Source: a virus (Duplodnaviria > Caudoviricetes). From it: DNA of 35,863 nucleotides. The stretch lies in the IMG/VR virus record IMGVR_UViG_3300015203_000018, positions 1 through 35,863 of that record, one strand, 5' to 3'. The notes below the pieces were generated by a model. That model saw nothing but the letters and a program-made list of their open reading frames with translations. It did no database searches and was not told where the DNA came from. Shown here one piece after another: positions 8,863-16,254 of the stretch. Each line of letters begins with the position of its first letter. Within the stretch, counting starts at the first letter, position 1. A program made the position numbers and the translations under genes.

Positions 8863-9404
8863 GCGTGTTCTCCTAATAACTGCGTCAGATTATCTACTAA
8901 CTCCGAATACAGATCGTACTCACTTTCTACCAGCTTCCACGCAGTTAGAATCTTTTTGCCTGCGTATATAGCTTTCGTACTCTCCGACTCCGTACTAAGT
9001 AACGCCCGCAACGAAGCGAACACGTAGTCTAGTACCGGATCGAACGTGGTATACTGTAGGTGCCGTAGGGTTCTACAAAGCTGTAATCTCTGCGCGTCCC
9101 TACGCGGATTATTAATTACGCAAGTTAAGTCTATAAAGTCTACATTAAGCTTATAGCACAGGGCTTTGATTACTAGGTACAATTCTAGATTGTACGCTTT
9201 AAGTACATCCTCTGCCTCTTTCTTACACTTGGGGTGCGGGCAACCTAACACTGCTAGCGTGTTAGCTAAACCTATTTTATTAATCAGCGCACCGTCTATC
9301 GGTTCCTCGGCGGTAATATCTTCCGTTGCTTTACGCGCAAGCGTATCCGCATCCACGCACCATTGCGGGCCTGCTTTGATTCTAGCTATGCTAGTATGTA
9401 TCAT
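8859..9404 (-). CDS. hypothetical protein
   Basis: 181 aa ORF with the phage-typical NTA codon use. Confidence 0.75.
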   Translation of the reverse strand: MIHTSIARIKAGPQWCVDADTLARKATEDITAEEPIDGALINKIGLANTLAVLGCPHPKCKKEAEDVLKAYNLELYLVIKALCYKLNVDFIDLTCVINNPRRDAQRLQLCRTLRHLQYTTFDPVLDYVFASLRALLSTESESTKAIYAGKKILTAWKLVESEYDLYSELVDNLTQLLGEHA

Positions 9405-9482
9405 TTAAATAGCTTCTTTGCGCGGCGTACGTGGCCTAGTGTAATTAGCGAATTGTTTATTCCGAATACTGGGTTCACCCAT
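9405..9482 (-). CDS. small hypothetical peptide MGEPSIRNKQFANYTRPRTPRKEAI
   Basis: Manual translation; AGGAG RBS; fills the gap between neighbouring genes exactly. Confidence 0.4.
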   Translation of the reverse strand: MGEPSIRNKQFANYTRPRTPRKEAI

Positions 9483-9792
9483 TGGAGTTCTCCTGTTCTG
9501 CGGCGATGGCGCGGGCAAGTTCGTGGCGGCAAACCGTTACATGCCTCGATCCATATGGGCCGGAGCTTTCGCCTAGTGCATTGATCCGAGCTTCCCATCT
9601 TTCCAGCAACTCTCGCAGCGACGCAACACTCACTGCCGTCCCCTTCCGCGCAATCTCGGCTTCGGGTTCGCGCTGTGCGATGGCTGCGGCGCATTCTTCA
9701 AGTAGTTCCGTGTCCCCTTCGTCATAGAAGTGTTCTGCCCTACGGCGAATTGAGATGCGTTCGCGCAACCTCGCAATCAGTTCTTCGATCAC
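9475..9792 (-). CDS. hypothetical protein (TpA-poor island)
   Basis: GTG start at 9792 with a GGAGG RBS. The ORF-track extension to 9963 overlaps the upstream gene. Confidence 0.65.
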   Translation of the reverse strand: MIEELIARLRERISIRRRAEHFYDEGDTELLEECAAAIAQREPEAEIARKGTAVSVASLRELLERWEARINALGESSGPYGSRHVTVCRHELARAIAAEQENSNG

Positions 9793-9793
9793 A

Positions 9794-10249
9794 TCAACCT
9801 CCCTTGCGTGCTGCGTCGATGGCCTCGCTTTCTGTTTTGTACCAGCCATCTTGGTATTTTGGCGGGTCGAAGTCTTTAGCGTTTTCCAATCGCACTTTGT
9901 TGGCATATTCGTAGTCGAATGAAGTCCACTCTCCGGTGATGAAATACCGATACCGCTCCGCATCCTCGCGCAACTCCGCTATTTCATCCAACAATGCGCG
10001 CTGTGATTTAGGCGGCTGACATAGTGTCAGGCCACCCTTTGTTACTGCCCACAGGCATCGTGTCCTGTGAGGATGGTTGGGTGGCAACTCCGCGAAGCCT
10101 GCTGCGGCGAGGGCTTTTCTCGCAAACGCGCGGCACTGCGCTCGCGTAGATTCATGGATAGCCGACCACGGCGCACCGTGCCCGTCCTCCCAGTACTGTT
10201 TTGCAATGGACTCGACAACCTCATCCGGTATTTTCGTCGGGTCGGTCAT
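9794..10249 (-). CDS. hypothetical protein (TpA-poor island)
   Basis: Contains LREDAERYRY...IDAA, a pattern common in small accessory genes of proteobacterial phages. Confidence 0.7.
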   Translation of the reverse strand: MTDPTKIPDEVVESIAKQYWEDGHGAPWSAIHESTRAQCRAFARKALAAAGFAELPPNHPHRTRCLWAVTKGGLTLCQPPKSQRALLDEIAELREDAERYRYFITGEWTSFDYEYANKVRLENAKDFDPPKYQDGWYKTESEAIDAARKGG

Positions 10250-10398
10250 GGCTTACTCCTGCTGCAAACTCTGTGGAAAGTGTCGCTAATTACTAAACGC
10301 CACCACCAGATATATTTCCAGTGACGGCGGATTCGGAAGCGGAAGTTCCGGCGGCAGGATGGATTGAACAGGTCGAACGCCTCACGACTTGCATTCAT
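10246..10398 (-). CDS. small basic hypothetical protein
   Basis: ATGA coupling at both ends; MNASREAF... Confidence 0.45.
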   Translation of the reverse strand: MNASREAFDLFNPSCRRNFRFRIRRHWKYIWWWRLVISDTFHRVCSRSKP

Positions 10399-10568
10399 GG
10401 CTTCATCCGCATCCATCGGTTTAGCCTTTTCCACCATTTGTTATGCGCCCGTTCCGCTTTAAGACTCTCTTGATAGTCGATTGCTGCGAGCGCCTCTAGG
10501 ATGCCAACAGGGATGCCGTGACGTATCCTGTCGCTGATTTCTTCGAGCCTTTCGTCTCTCGTAGTCAT
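10395..10568 (-). CDS. small hypothetical protein MTTRDERLEEISDRIRHG...
   Basis: 57 aa by manual translation, ATGA-coupled on both sides; below the ORF-track cutoff. Confidence 0.6.
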   Translation of the reverse strand: MTTRDERLEEISDRIRHGIPVGILEALAAIDYQESLKAERAHNKWWKRLNRWMRMKP

Positions 10569-11017
10569 GGCTTAATCCCCAGTTCGATCAGCGTTTCTTT
10601 GAGTTCGTCGGCGTGGTGCTCTGTGACATTCATCACGATGCCGTTTTCTTCGCATTTGGTAGGGTCTAGTAACCCAGCGTAATCGCGCCATCTTTGTTCC
10701 AATTGTCGTAGCGCATCTACGCTGACTGTCTTGTTGGCAAGTGCGGCATAGTCTTGGTACGCCACCCAATACCCAAACTCGAATCGAACCATTGATGCTT
10801 TCTGTTGGTGCATCGCAAGGTTGTAGCGGGGAACGGTGCCCACGCTGACTGCGCGCGGAGTGTCGGCCTGCGCGGATTCGATCTGTGCGAGTGCGGCGGC
10901 TAAGACTTGCTGCACATCCTCCACCGCAACGATCAGGGTGTTGTGTCCCGTAAGCGGCGATGGATCAAGCTCGCACAAGTCGCGGATTATTTTTGCAATC
11001 AGCGCATCATTGTTCAT
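10565..11017 (-). CDS. hypothetical protein (TpA-poor island)
   Basis: 150 aa in-operon ORF. Confidence 0.7.
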   Translation of the reverse strand: MNNDALIAKIIRDLCELDPSPLTGHNTLIVAVEDVQQVLAAALAQIESAQADTPRAVSVGTVPRYNLAMHQQKASMVRFEFGYWVAYQDYAALANKTVSVDALRQLEQRWRDYAGLLDPTKCEENGIVMNVTEHHADELKETLIELGIKP

Positions 11018-11092
11018 GGTGTCGGCTTCTTTAGTGCCTTCGTGTCCATCATCTTGCCCTCGGTGGTCATGTTTTTCCTTCCTTTGGGTAAT

Positions 11093-11116
11093 CGCACCGC
11101 GATTAACTGCGGTGCG
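11093..11116. other. GC hairpin at the island boundary
   Basis: CGCACCGC-N8-GCGGTGCG perfect 8-bp inverted repeat with no U-tract. Confidence 0.6.
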
Positions 11117-11127
11117 GGGTTAGTTAC

Positions 11128-11571
11128 TTAGCCGCCAATTACTACTGGCGGGGCTGGTGCATCGACCGCTGTGCCATCGGGGTTTGTTACTGTACCTACT
11201 GCTGCCGCTGCTGCGGTAACTGCGGGCGGGATCGCTGCTACTGCATCGGCTACTGCGGTCTGCTGTGCTGGCGGTGTATCAATAGCTGCTGGGGTATTAG
11301 CGGCTACTGCGCCTGCCAGTGCATCCGTGTTAGCTTGCAAATCGCTAGCGATCTTATCCAGCACGGTCGTATCTCCCGCCTTAGCTGCCGCGATACCTGC
11401 GGCAAGCTGGGTTTGGAAGCCGTTGATTAACGCAATAGCTGAGTTAATTACGGTCGTCTGTGCTGCTACTTCTGCTGTTAACTTATCTGACTGTGCGCTC
11501 ATCTTTCTAAGCTCCTTATAGATTAAAGTACAAAACCCAATTACTAGACCTAGTAATACACTATCTAACAT
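11128..11571 (-). CDS. Ala-rich helical protein with a possible N-terminal membrane anchor
   Basis: AGGAGG RBS. LTAEVAAQTTVINSAIALING...ALAGAVAANTPA resembles a recurrent phage hypothetical family. Confidence 0.75.
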   Translation of the reverse strand: MLDSVLLGLVIGFCTLIYKELRKMSAQSDKLTAEVAAQTTVINSAIALINGFQTQLAAGIAAAKAGDTTVLDKIASDLQANTDALAGAVAANTPAAIDTPPAQQTAVADAVAAIPPAVTAAAAAVGTVTNPDGTAVDAPAPPVVIGG

Positions 11572-11574
11572 CTT

Positions 11575-11614
11575 CTACCTCCTATGCGCATCCTGCGCCT
11601 ATCTACTTCCTTGT
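11575..11614 (-). promoter_or_regulatory. triple CsrA-type binding site leader
   Basis: ACAAGGAAGT (matches A/U-CANGGANG-U/A), GCGCAGGATGCGC (GGA in a hairpin loop) and SD AGGAGG. Confidence 0.6.
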
Positions 11615-11616
11615 GC

Positions 11617-12177
11617 TTATTTACTAATGCTTATTGCAATAGCGCTACCTACTTCTTCAATGACTACGTGCTGTTTCATACCTACGTCTTTAATTAAGCG
11701 GAACAGATTACCCCGCATCTTGTCGGGGGTATTATCTCCTGCCGCATAAAGAAAGGCCAGAATAGCTAATAGCTGATTCGCTGGTACTGGGATAGTGCTA
11801 CCCATGAAGGCGGCGAATGCTGTATCGGCTTCGGTATCCTCACCCTTAGTAAACGATACGACGCTAACGCCGTTGAATTCTTCTTCCTTACCTTTACCGA
11901 AGCCGTGCTTTACAGCTTCCTTATTAAGACATTCCATTCTGTATTTCTCACGCGCTTCGTCTGCCTGCCGCATTACATCTTCCAACTTACGCAGAGTCTC
12001 TATTGTAGGCTCCCCTTTAGCTAATTCGTCTACTACCTTATTAAGCCGTTCAATCGTGGAAAGCTTCGTATACAACGGCAAGTCTATTTCGTGGTAGCTT
12101 TCATCTGGCGTGTCCTGCCAGTCTTGAAGCTGTATCGCTTTCATATGTTTATGGCTTGCGTAGTATTTAATGCTCAT
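11617..12177 (-). CDS. hypothetical protein
   Basis: 186 aa with an AGGAAGGAG RBS. Confidence 0.75.
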   Translation of the reverse strand: MSIKYYASHKHMKAIQLQDWQDTPDESYHEIDLPLYTKLSTIERLNKVVDELAKGEPTIETLRKLEDVMRQADEAREKYRMECLNKEAVKHGFGKGKEEEFNGVSVVSFTKGEDTEADTAFAAFMGSTIPVPANQLLAILAFLYAAGDNTPDKMRGNLFRLIKDVGMKQHVVIEEVGSAIAISISK

Positions 12178-12202
12178 GGTGTACTCCTTCCTGTGGTAGT
12201 AA

Positions 12203-12278
12203 TGGTGGGCCAGTCTGGAATCGAACCAGAATCAATCCGTTATGAGCGGAACGCTTGTAACCAATAAGCTACAGGCCC
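12203..12278 (-). tRNA. tRNA(CAU), probably lysidine-type tRNA-Ile2 reading AUA
   Basis: GGGCCTG acceptor with C4-G69 and C5-G68 (TilS determinants), anticodon loop CTCATAA, GGTTCGATTCC, CCA. It lacks the initiator GGG/CCC anticodon stem. Confidence 0.9.
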
Positions 12279-12586
12279 GTCTGTACTATAAACCCGAAGC
12301 TCTCGTACTCTGTTACTGTATCGGCTATACTTACTTCTTCGTCTGCCTGTAGCGCATCCCGCACTGTATCATCTTCCTGTTCTTCTATAAAGCAGGAGTC
12401 TTTCATAGAGTAGACTAAATTAACAAAGTCTATATCCAGTGTACTATCGTCCTCGCGCCATAGCTGTAACTTAACCCCCGGCGTAGGCGCAAAGGGAAGC
12501 AATACTACTTTACGCACCCATACGCTTTCGCTTTCACGTAGTCCCTGTATCTTGATATTAAGTACTAGCGTACAGTGCGGTATCAC
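12269..12586 (-). CDS. hypothetical protein (stop codon inside the tRNA)
   Basis: 105 aa, GGGGAG RBS, GTGA coupling. Confidence 0.7.
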   Translation of the reverse strand: MIPHCTLVLNIKIQGLRESESVWVRKVVLLPFAPTPGVKLQLWREDDSTLDIDFVNLVYSMKDSCFIEEQEDDTVRDALQADEEVSIADTVTEYESFGFIVQTGL

Positions 12587-12787
12587 GGCATTAACTCCCC
12601 GGTATGTACCTTATTCCTATCCAGCCGTTGCTGTTTCTCTAGCGCTCGCTTTGCTCTCTTGTACGCATTCCGTCCGTAGTCTCTAGGCTTGCGCTTCCCT
12701 AGCGCATCACGTTCCTCGGAGTCGTATACGAGTATACCTTTCTTAAGGTGTCGCTTAATTAACCCCCCGCGGGTAGGTGTTGGGAGT

Positions 12788-12804
<17 letters not shown>
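12583..12804 (-). CDS. small basic hypothetical protein
   Basis: 73 aa, Lys/Arg-rich, in operon. Confidence 0.6.
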
Positions 12805-13012
<208 letters not shown>

Positions 13013-13027
13013 TATAGCTTCCTGTGC

Positions 13028-13152
13028 TAGTTGTGGGAAGCCGCTAACGGCGGCAAGTCGCTTATTTCCAAACCTATGCTACGATCTTAAGGTCTGGTTA
13101 GGCTCGTAGCGCTCCGGCAATAGGTTGCCGCTGGTATTCTTTTAGTTGTGGG
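13028..13152 (-). ncRNA. candidate structured RNA (H-type pseudoknot plus two hairpins) flanked by 10-bp direct repeats
   Basis: Stems CGGCAA/TTGCCG and GCTACGA/TCGTAGC; loop CCAGACCT pairs with downstream AGGTTTGG; stem GCCGC/GCGGC; CCCACAACTA at both ends. Confidence 0.5.
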
Positions 13153-13173
13153 CCTACACAGCCCTCAATTCTG

Positions 13174-13302
13174 TTACATACCTTTTACTTTCTTTCCCTT
13201 CATCATCTGCTTTTTATCTAGTGCTTCCTCGGCCTTCGATCCCTCTTTCATAAAGGGATTCATACCTTTCTTGCCCTTCGGCATTTTCTTCTTGCTTTTC
13301 AT
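13174..13302 (-). CDS. small Lys/Met-rich peptide (42 aa)
   Basis: Manual translation MKSKKKMPKGKKGMNPFMKEGSKAEEALDKKQMMKGKKVKGM; ATGA-coupled to the HNH gene. Confidence 0.6.
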   Translation of the reverse strand: MKSKKKMPKGKKGMNPFMKEGSKAEEALDKKQMMKGKKVKGM

Positions 13303-13526
13303 GCTTTTGTCCTGTTTGCGTGGCGGGATACAACACGTAGATTCTTACGTGAATTATTATTCGCGTTACCGTCTTTGTGGTCTACCTCTTTACCGTCGCC
13401 CTTTCCCATGCGGCCTAACTTAGCGCGTGCTGCATTGCGGCTGGCACGCTTCGCTACCTGCTCAGGCTTACCGTGGAACGCGGCATACTCTTTCTTGTAG
13501 TTACGATCTTCTAGCTTAGTAGGCAT
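13299..13526 (-). CDS. small HNH endonuclease
   Basis: EVDHKDGNANNNSRKNLRVVSRHANR HNH motif. Confidence 0.85.
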   Translation of the reverse strand: MPTKLEDRNYKKEYAAFHGKPEQVAKRASRNAARAKLGRMGKGDGKEVDHKDGNANNNSRKNLRVVSRHANRTKA

Positions 13527-13836
13527 ATTCTAATCCCATTGCTTTCTTTCTAGCGTCTAGTTCTTCGCATACCTTACGCATTTCGTCGTGCTTACGCTGT
13601 ATATTCTCTTTGCGCTTATCTAAGCCCTGATTAGGGTCTGTTGGCCTAAGTAATGCTGCCCAAGTAGTCTCACCTCTACGCAATCTATTCCTGATGGTGC
13701 TAAAGGTATGCGTACTACCTCTATTTAACGCGGCGCAGTACACTTCCTGCATCGTCATGTACTTAGTACCGTCTATTATATAATGCGCGTGAGCGTTGCG
13801 CTCGTCGGTAATGAAGTTTTGTCTTGTTCGCGGCAT
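13516..13836 (-). CDS. hypothetical, possibly DNA-binding protein
   Basis: IDG...TMQEV...STIRNRLRRG resembles helical DNA-binding repeats of phage homing nucleases. Confidence 0.6.
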   Translation of the reverse strand: MPRTRQNFITDERNAHAHYIIDGTKYMTMQEVYCAALNRGSTHTFSTIRNRLRRGETTWAALLRPTDPNQGLDKRKENIQRKHDEMRKVCEELDARKKAMGLEYAY

Positions 13837-13849
13837 GTGATAGATCGCT

Positions 13850-13996
13850 CTAATGTAGCTTGCCCATTAACAAAAGAATGACTAGAATTACGATAATCAG
13901 TCCGATGCCACCATTCGGCCCCGGCCCCCAGTTAAAGTTAATCCCGCCTAACAAAACGATGATTAGTATGATAAGCAGTAGCAGTCCGATGCTCAT
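13850..13996 (-). CDS. DUF3309-like small two-TM membrane peptide (48 aa)
   Basis: Manual translation MSIGLLLLIILIIVLLGGINFNWGPGPNGGIGLIIVILVILLLMGKLH. Confidence 0.75.
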   Translation of the reverse strand: MSIGLLLLIILIIVLLGGINFNWGPGPNGGIGLIIVILVILLLMGKLH

Positions 13997-14217
13997 TGCG
14001 CTCTCCGGTATTCGTAGTAAGCGTGCTTAACTAACTCGCCGTGGTTATACTTCTCAGGGATCAGTAAGTGTTCTAACTTACCTTCGTGTGCCATCTGCTC
14101 TAACAGAGTCTTACTAGCGAACGTAGTAAGGTCGCGGAACGTATCGGTAGCGTGCCTAAGTACAAGCGCTTCCTGCCGCGCTAAATCTTCTGCTGCTAGT
14201 CTCTGTTCGTTTGTCAT
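13993..14217 (-). CDS. hypothetical protein
   Basis: 74 aa with a GGAG RBS. Confidence 0.7.
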   Translation of the reverse strand: MTNEQRLAAEDLARQEALVLRHATDTFRDLTTFASKTLLEQMAHEGKLEHLLIPEKYNHGELVKHAYYEYRRAQ

Positions 14218-14469
14218 ACCGTACTCCGAATTAATTAGTTAGTCCTAGTCGTCTTAGTAAGGCCACGCTAGGCGCGGGGGGAATTAACGCACTATACTAA
14301 CTTGCCAGTGTTTAGGCACTTGCTGGCTTGCCATCACCGTTCCCTCTCACCATGCTCTGATTCGGTGCTAGGACGCCGCAGGATCGCGCTACAGGCCGGG
14401 GAGTACCGCCGTACAGGGGAGTCGGGGGCAAGCCTTTTCACGTTGGCCCTGCGACGCCTAGCCAGTCCT

Positions 14470-14497
14470 ACCGTAGCGCCCGTAGCGCCCCTGTCAA
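14470..14497 (-). promoter_or_regulatory. sigma70-like promoter
   Basis: TTGACA-N16-TACGGT just downstream of a terminator; same -10 as the promoter at 24302. Confidence 0.5.
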
Positions 14498-14584
14498 GTC
14501 CCCGGCTTGGCCTCAGTAGATCACGCTACAACTCCCGGCGCAAGCGGCGCGGAGCCTGTTTTCATGCTGTCTTTCTGGACACAC

Positions 14585-14620
14585 AAAAGAAAAGCGGCCT
14601 AGCTATTAACTAGGCCGCTT
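14585..14620 (-). terminator. Rho-independent terminator
   Basis: AAGCGGCCTAG-TTAATAG-CTAGGCCGCTT followed by TTCTTTT on the minus strand. Confidence 0.9.
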
Positions 14621-14643
14621 CGGTTACTCACTAACGGGGTGAC

Positions 14644-15063
14644 TTAAGCCTCACCGACCTCGATTTCGTCGGGATTGGTTTCGGTTGCTTCGTCCTCGCT
14701 GGCGGTATCCGCTTCCGTACGCGGGCCAGCGTGCCATACCACAAGCTCCGGCTTGCCGCTGGTGTTGCCCTGTGCATCTGGCTCACCGTTCGGGTAATAC
14801 CGGCTCACAATCTTGATTTTCTGGCGCTTCGCAGTCATAGCAAGCGCACTCTGGCGCTGCCGTGCCTTACGCTCTGCATCCTGCGCCACCGATAACACTG
14901 TGCCATCCTCTTTCTTCTGGTTGGCCTTGCCTTCAATGCTCAGTGCGAAGCTATCGCCCTGCGACAGTCCACTGAAATTGTACTTCGGGGTACGCGGTGC
15001 GAAGTGCGCTTCACGCTTCGGGATCGGTACGCCTTTACGGACTACGATAGTAAAATCACTCAT
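14644..15063 (-). CDS. putative DNA-binding protein with an acidic tail, likely highly expressed
   Basis: RKGVPIP...KYNF..L..GDSF is a pattern common in small phage DNA-binding proteins. The gene has its own promoter and terminator and TpA-poor codons. Confidence 0.7.
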   Translation of the reverse strand: MSDFTIVVRKGVPIPKREAHFAPRTPKYNFSGLSQGDSFALSIEGKANQKKEDGTVLSVAQDAERKARQRQSALAMTAKRQKIKIVSRYYPNGEPDAQGNTSGKPELVVWHAGPRTEADTASEDEATETNPDEIEVGEA

Positions 15064-15131
15064 GTTAGTTCTCCCTTGTTGTTTGCCCGAAATTGGGCCT
15101 TACGTTAGCCGGTACTCCCCGGCTTGCTGCT

Positions 15132-15160
15132 ATTGAATCACGCCTTTTACTCGTTGTCAA
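15132..15160 (-). promoter_or_regulatory. sigma70 promoter
   Basis: TTGACA-N17-TTCAAT with an extended -10 TG. Confidence 0.7.
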
Positions 15161-15443
15161 CAGGCGCGTTCAATTCTGTTTCGTGGACTCTGGCCCACAG
15201 TGTTTCCGCCATACGCACAACATCATCGCGGCGGTAACGGTTCAGTCCGTAGGCTGGCCGGTAGACCTCGTACCAGCCGTGCCTATAAGTTACGCGGGCC
15301 TTGCCGCCGTAGGCTGCTTCGTAGGCTGCTTCGTAATTACTTATTACGGCATTAGCTACTAACGCACGTTCATGCTGCTCACCTTCACGTAGCTGTTTAG
15401 CTCGTATCTCACGTTTTAGCCTTAGCTGCTGATGGTAGTTCAT
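15147..15443 (-). CDS. hypothetical protein (paralog-like to 16003..16254)
   Basis: YEAAYEAAYG...GW pattern; GGGAG RBS. Confidence 0.7.
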   Translation of the reverse strand: MNYHQQLRLKREIRAKQLREGEQHERALVANAVISNYEAAYEAAYGGKARVTYRHGWYEVYRPAYGLNRYRRDDVVRMAETLWARVHETELNAPVDNE

Positions 15444-15991
15444 GCTATATCTCCCGTCCAGTCCATAGGCGTTACTACTTCCTTAGCCTTAGTTAAGTAC
15501 GTTGTACCTGCCTGTATCCTAGCATGTTGTACGTCTGATACGTCAAACCGTCCTATTGCTGGCGTAGCGTAGACATACCTAATCCGCTTGCGCTGCCGCA
15601 GGTCATACATTTCGCCGGTAGTAAACTTAATATCTGCCCTACCACCTAACGCACGGCATACCCGCTGCCATCCTTCATCGTGCCTATTACCTAAGTGCGG
15701 TCGTGCGAAGCATACTAAGTGCGCTACTTCGTGCGGCACTGTTTCCTGTAGATAGTCGGCCACGTTCTGTTCCACAGCTAACCGATTAACTACGATGGAT
15801 AACGTATTGCCCCGCATCCTTGCCAGTGCCGCCGTTGGTTTCTTAGTCACGCGGTTAATACTACCGTTCTGTAACAACTCAATAGCGAACGTGGGAAACT
15901 CGTCATCGCTAATTACGTACCTAGCGCAAGCTTCGCCCCATACATTCTGTATACGCTCTATGACTTTGGTTTCGTCATTGGTTATTTCCAC
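15440..15991 (-). CDS. SprT-family zinc metalloprotease
   Basis: ETVPHEVAHL (HExxH)...HDEGWQRVCRALGG is the SprT signature. Confidence 0.9.
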   Translation of the reverse strand: MEITNDETKVIERIQNVWGEACARYVISDDEFPTFAIELLQNGSINRVTKKPTAALARMRGNTLSIVVNRLAVEQNVADYLQETVPHEVAHLVCFARPHLGNRHDEGWQRVCRALGGRADIKFTTGEMYDLRQRKRIRYVYATPAIGRFDVSDVQHARIQAGTTYLTKAKEVVTPMDWTGDIA

Positions 15992-16002
15992 GGTCGTTCT
16001 CC

Positions 16003-16254
16003 CTATTGGTGCGCCCTGTTCCTAAGCTGCGAAGTTAACTCCCGTAGTCTGCGAAGCCGTACGCGCTCTGGCTGGCCCCGTAGCGTCACCCATGCGCCAT
16101 CGAAGCTGATTCCCGGCACGATACCGTAGACGGCCTTGTACGCCTCCCTGTACTTATCTAACATGCCTTGCTGCCCCTTGCTAGGCTTAAACGGCGGCTT
16201 GCGCGGCATCGGTACGTTCTTACGGATATGCGGTATGGCGGCATAGATACTCAT
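16003..16254 (-). CDS. hypothetical protein
   Basis: 83 aa; IRKNVPMP N-terminus; YREAYKAVYG. Confidence 0.7.
   Translation of the reverse strand: MSIYAAIPHIRKNVPMPRKPPFKPSKGQQGMLDKYREAYKAVYGIVPGISFDGAWVTLRGQPERVRLRRLRELTSQLRNRAHQ

Noticed and set aside
8486-12278. tRNAs as prophage attachment sites
   Set aside because: No integrase, no duplicated tRNA 3' end and no host genes are present. The tRNAs sit within phage operons.
13040-13130. SAH riboswitch, pistol or HDV-like ribozyme
   Set aside because: Only fragments match. It lacks the SAH CCAGGCUC/GGCGCUC pairing, the pistol P1-AAAUA layout and the HDV P3/P4 elements, so it is kept as an unassigned structure.
13299-13526. HNH gene as part of a group I intron
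   Set aside because: It is free-standing and translationally coupled to its neighbours. No interrupted gene or intron core was recognised.
14395-14408. Similarity of GGGGAGTAC to a conserved 16S rRNA segment
   Set aside because: The match is only about 9 nt with no flanking rRNA similarity, so it is probably chance.
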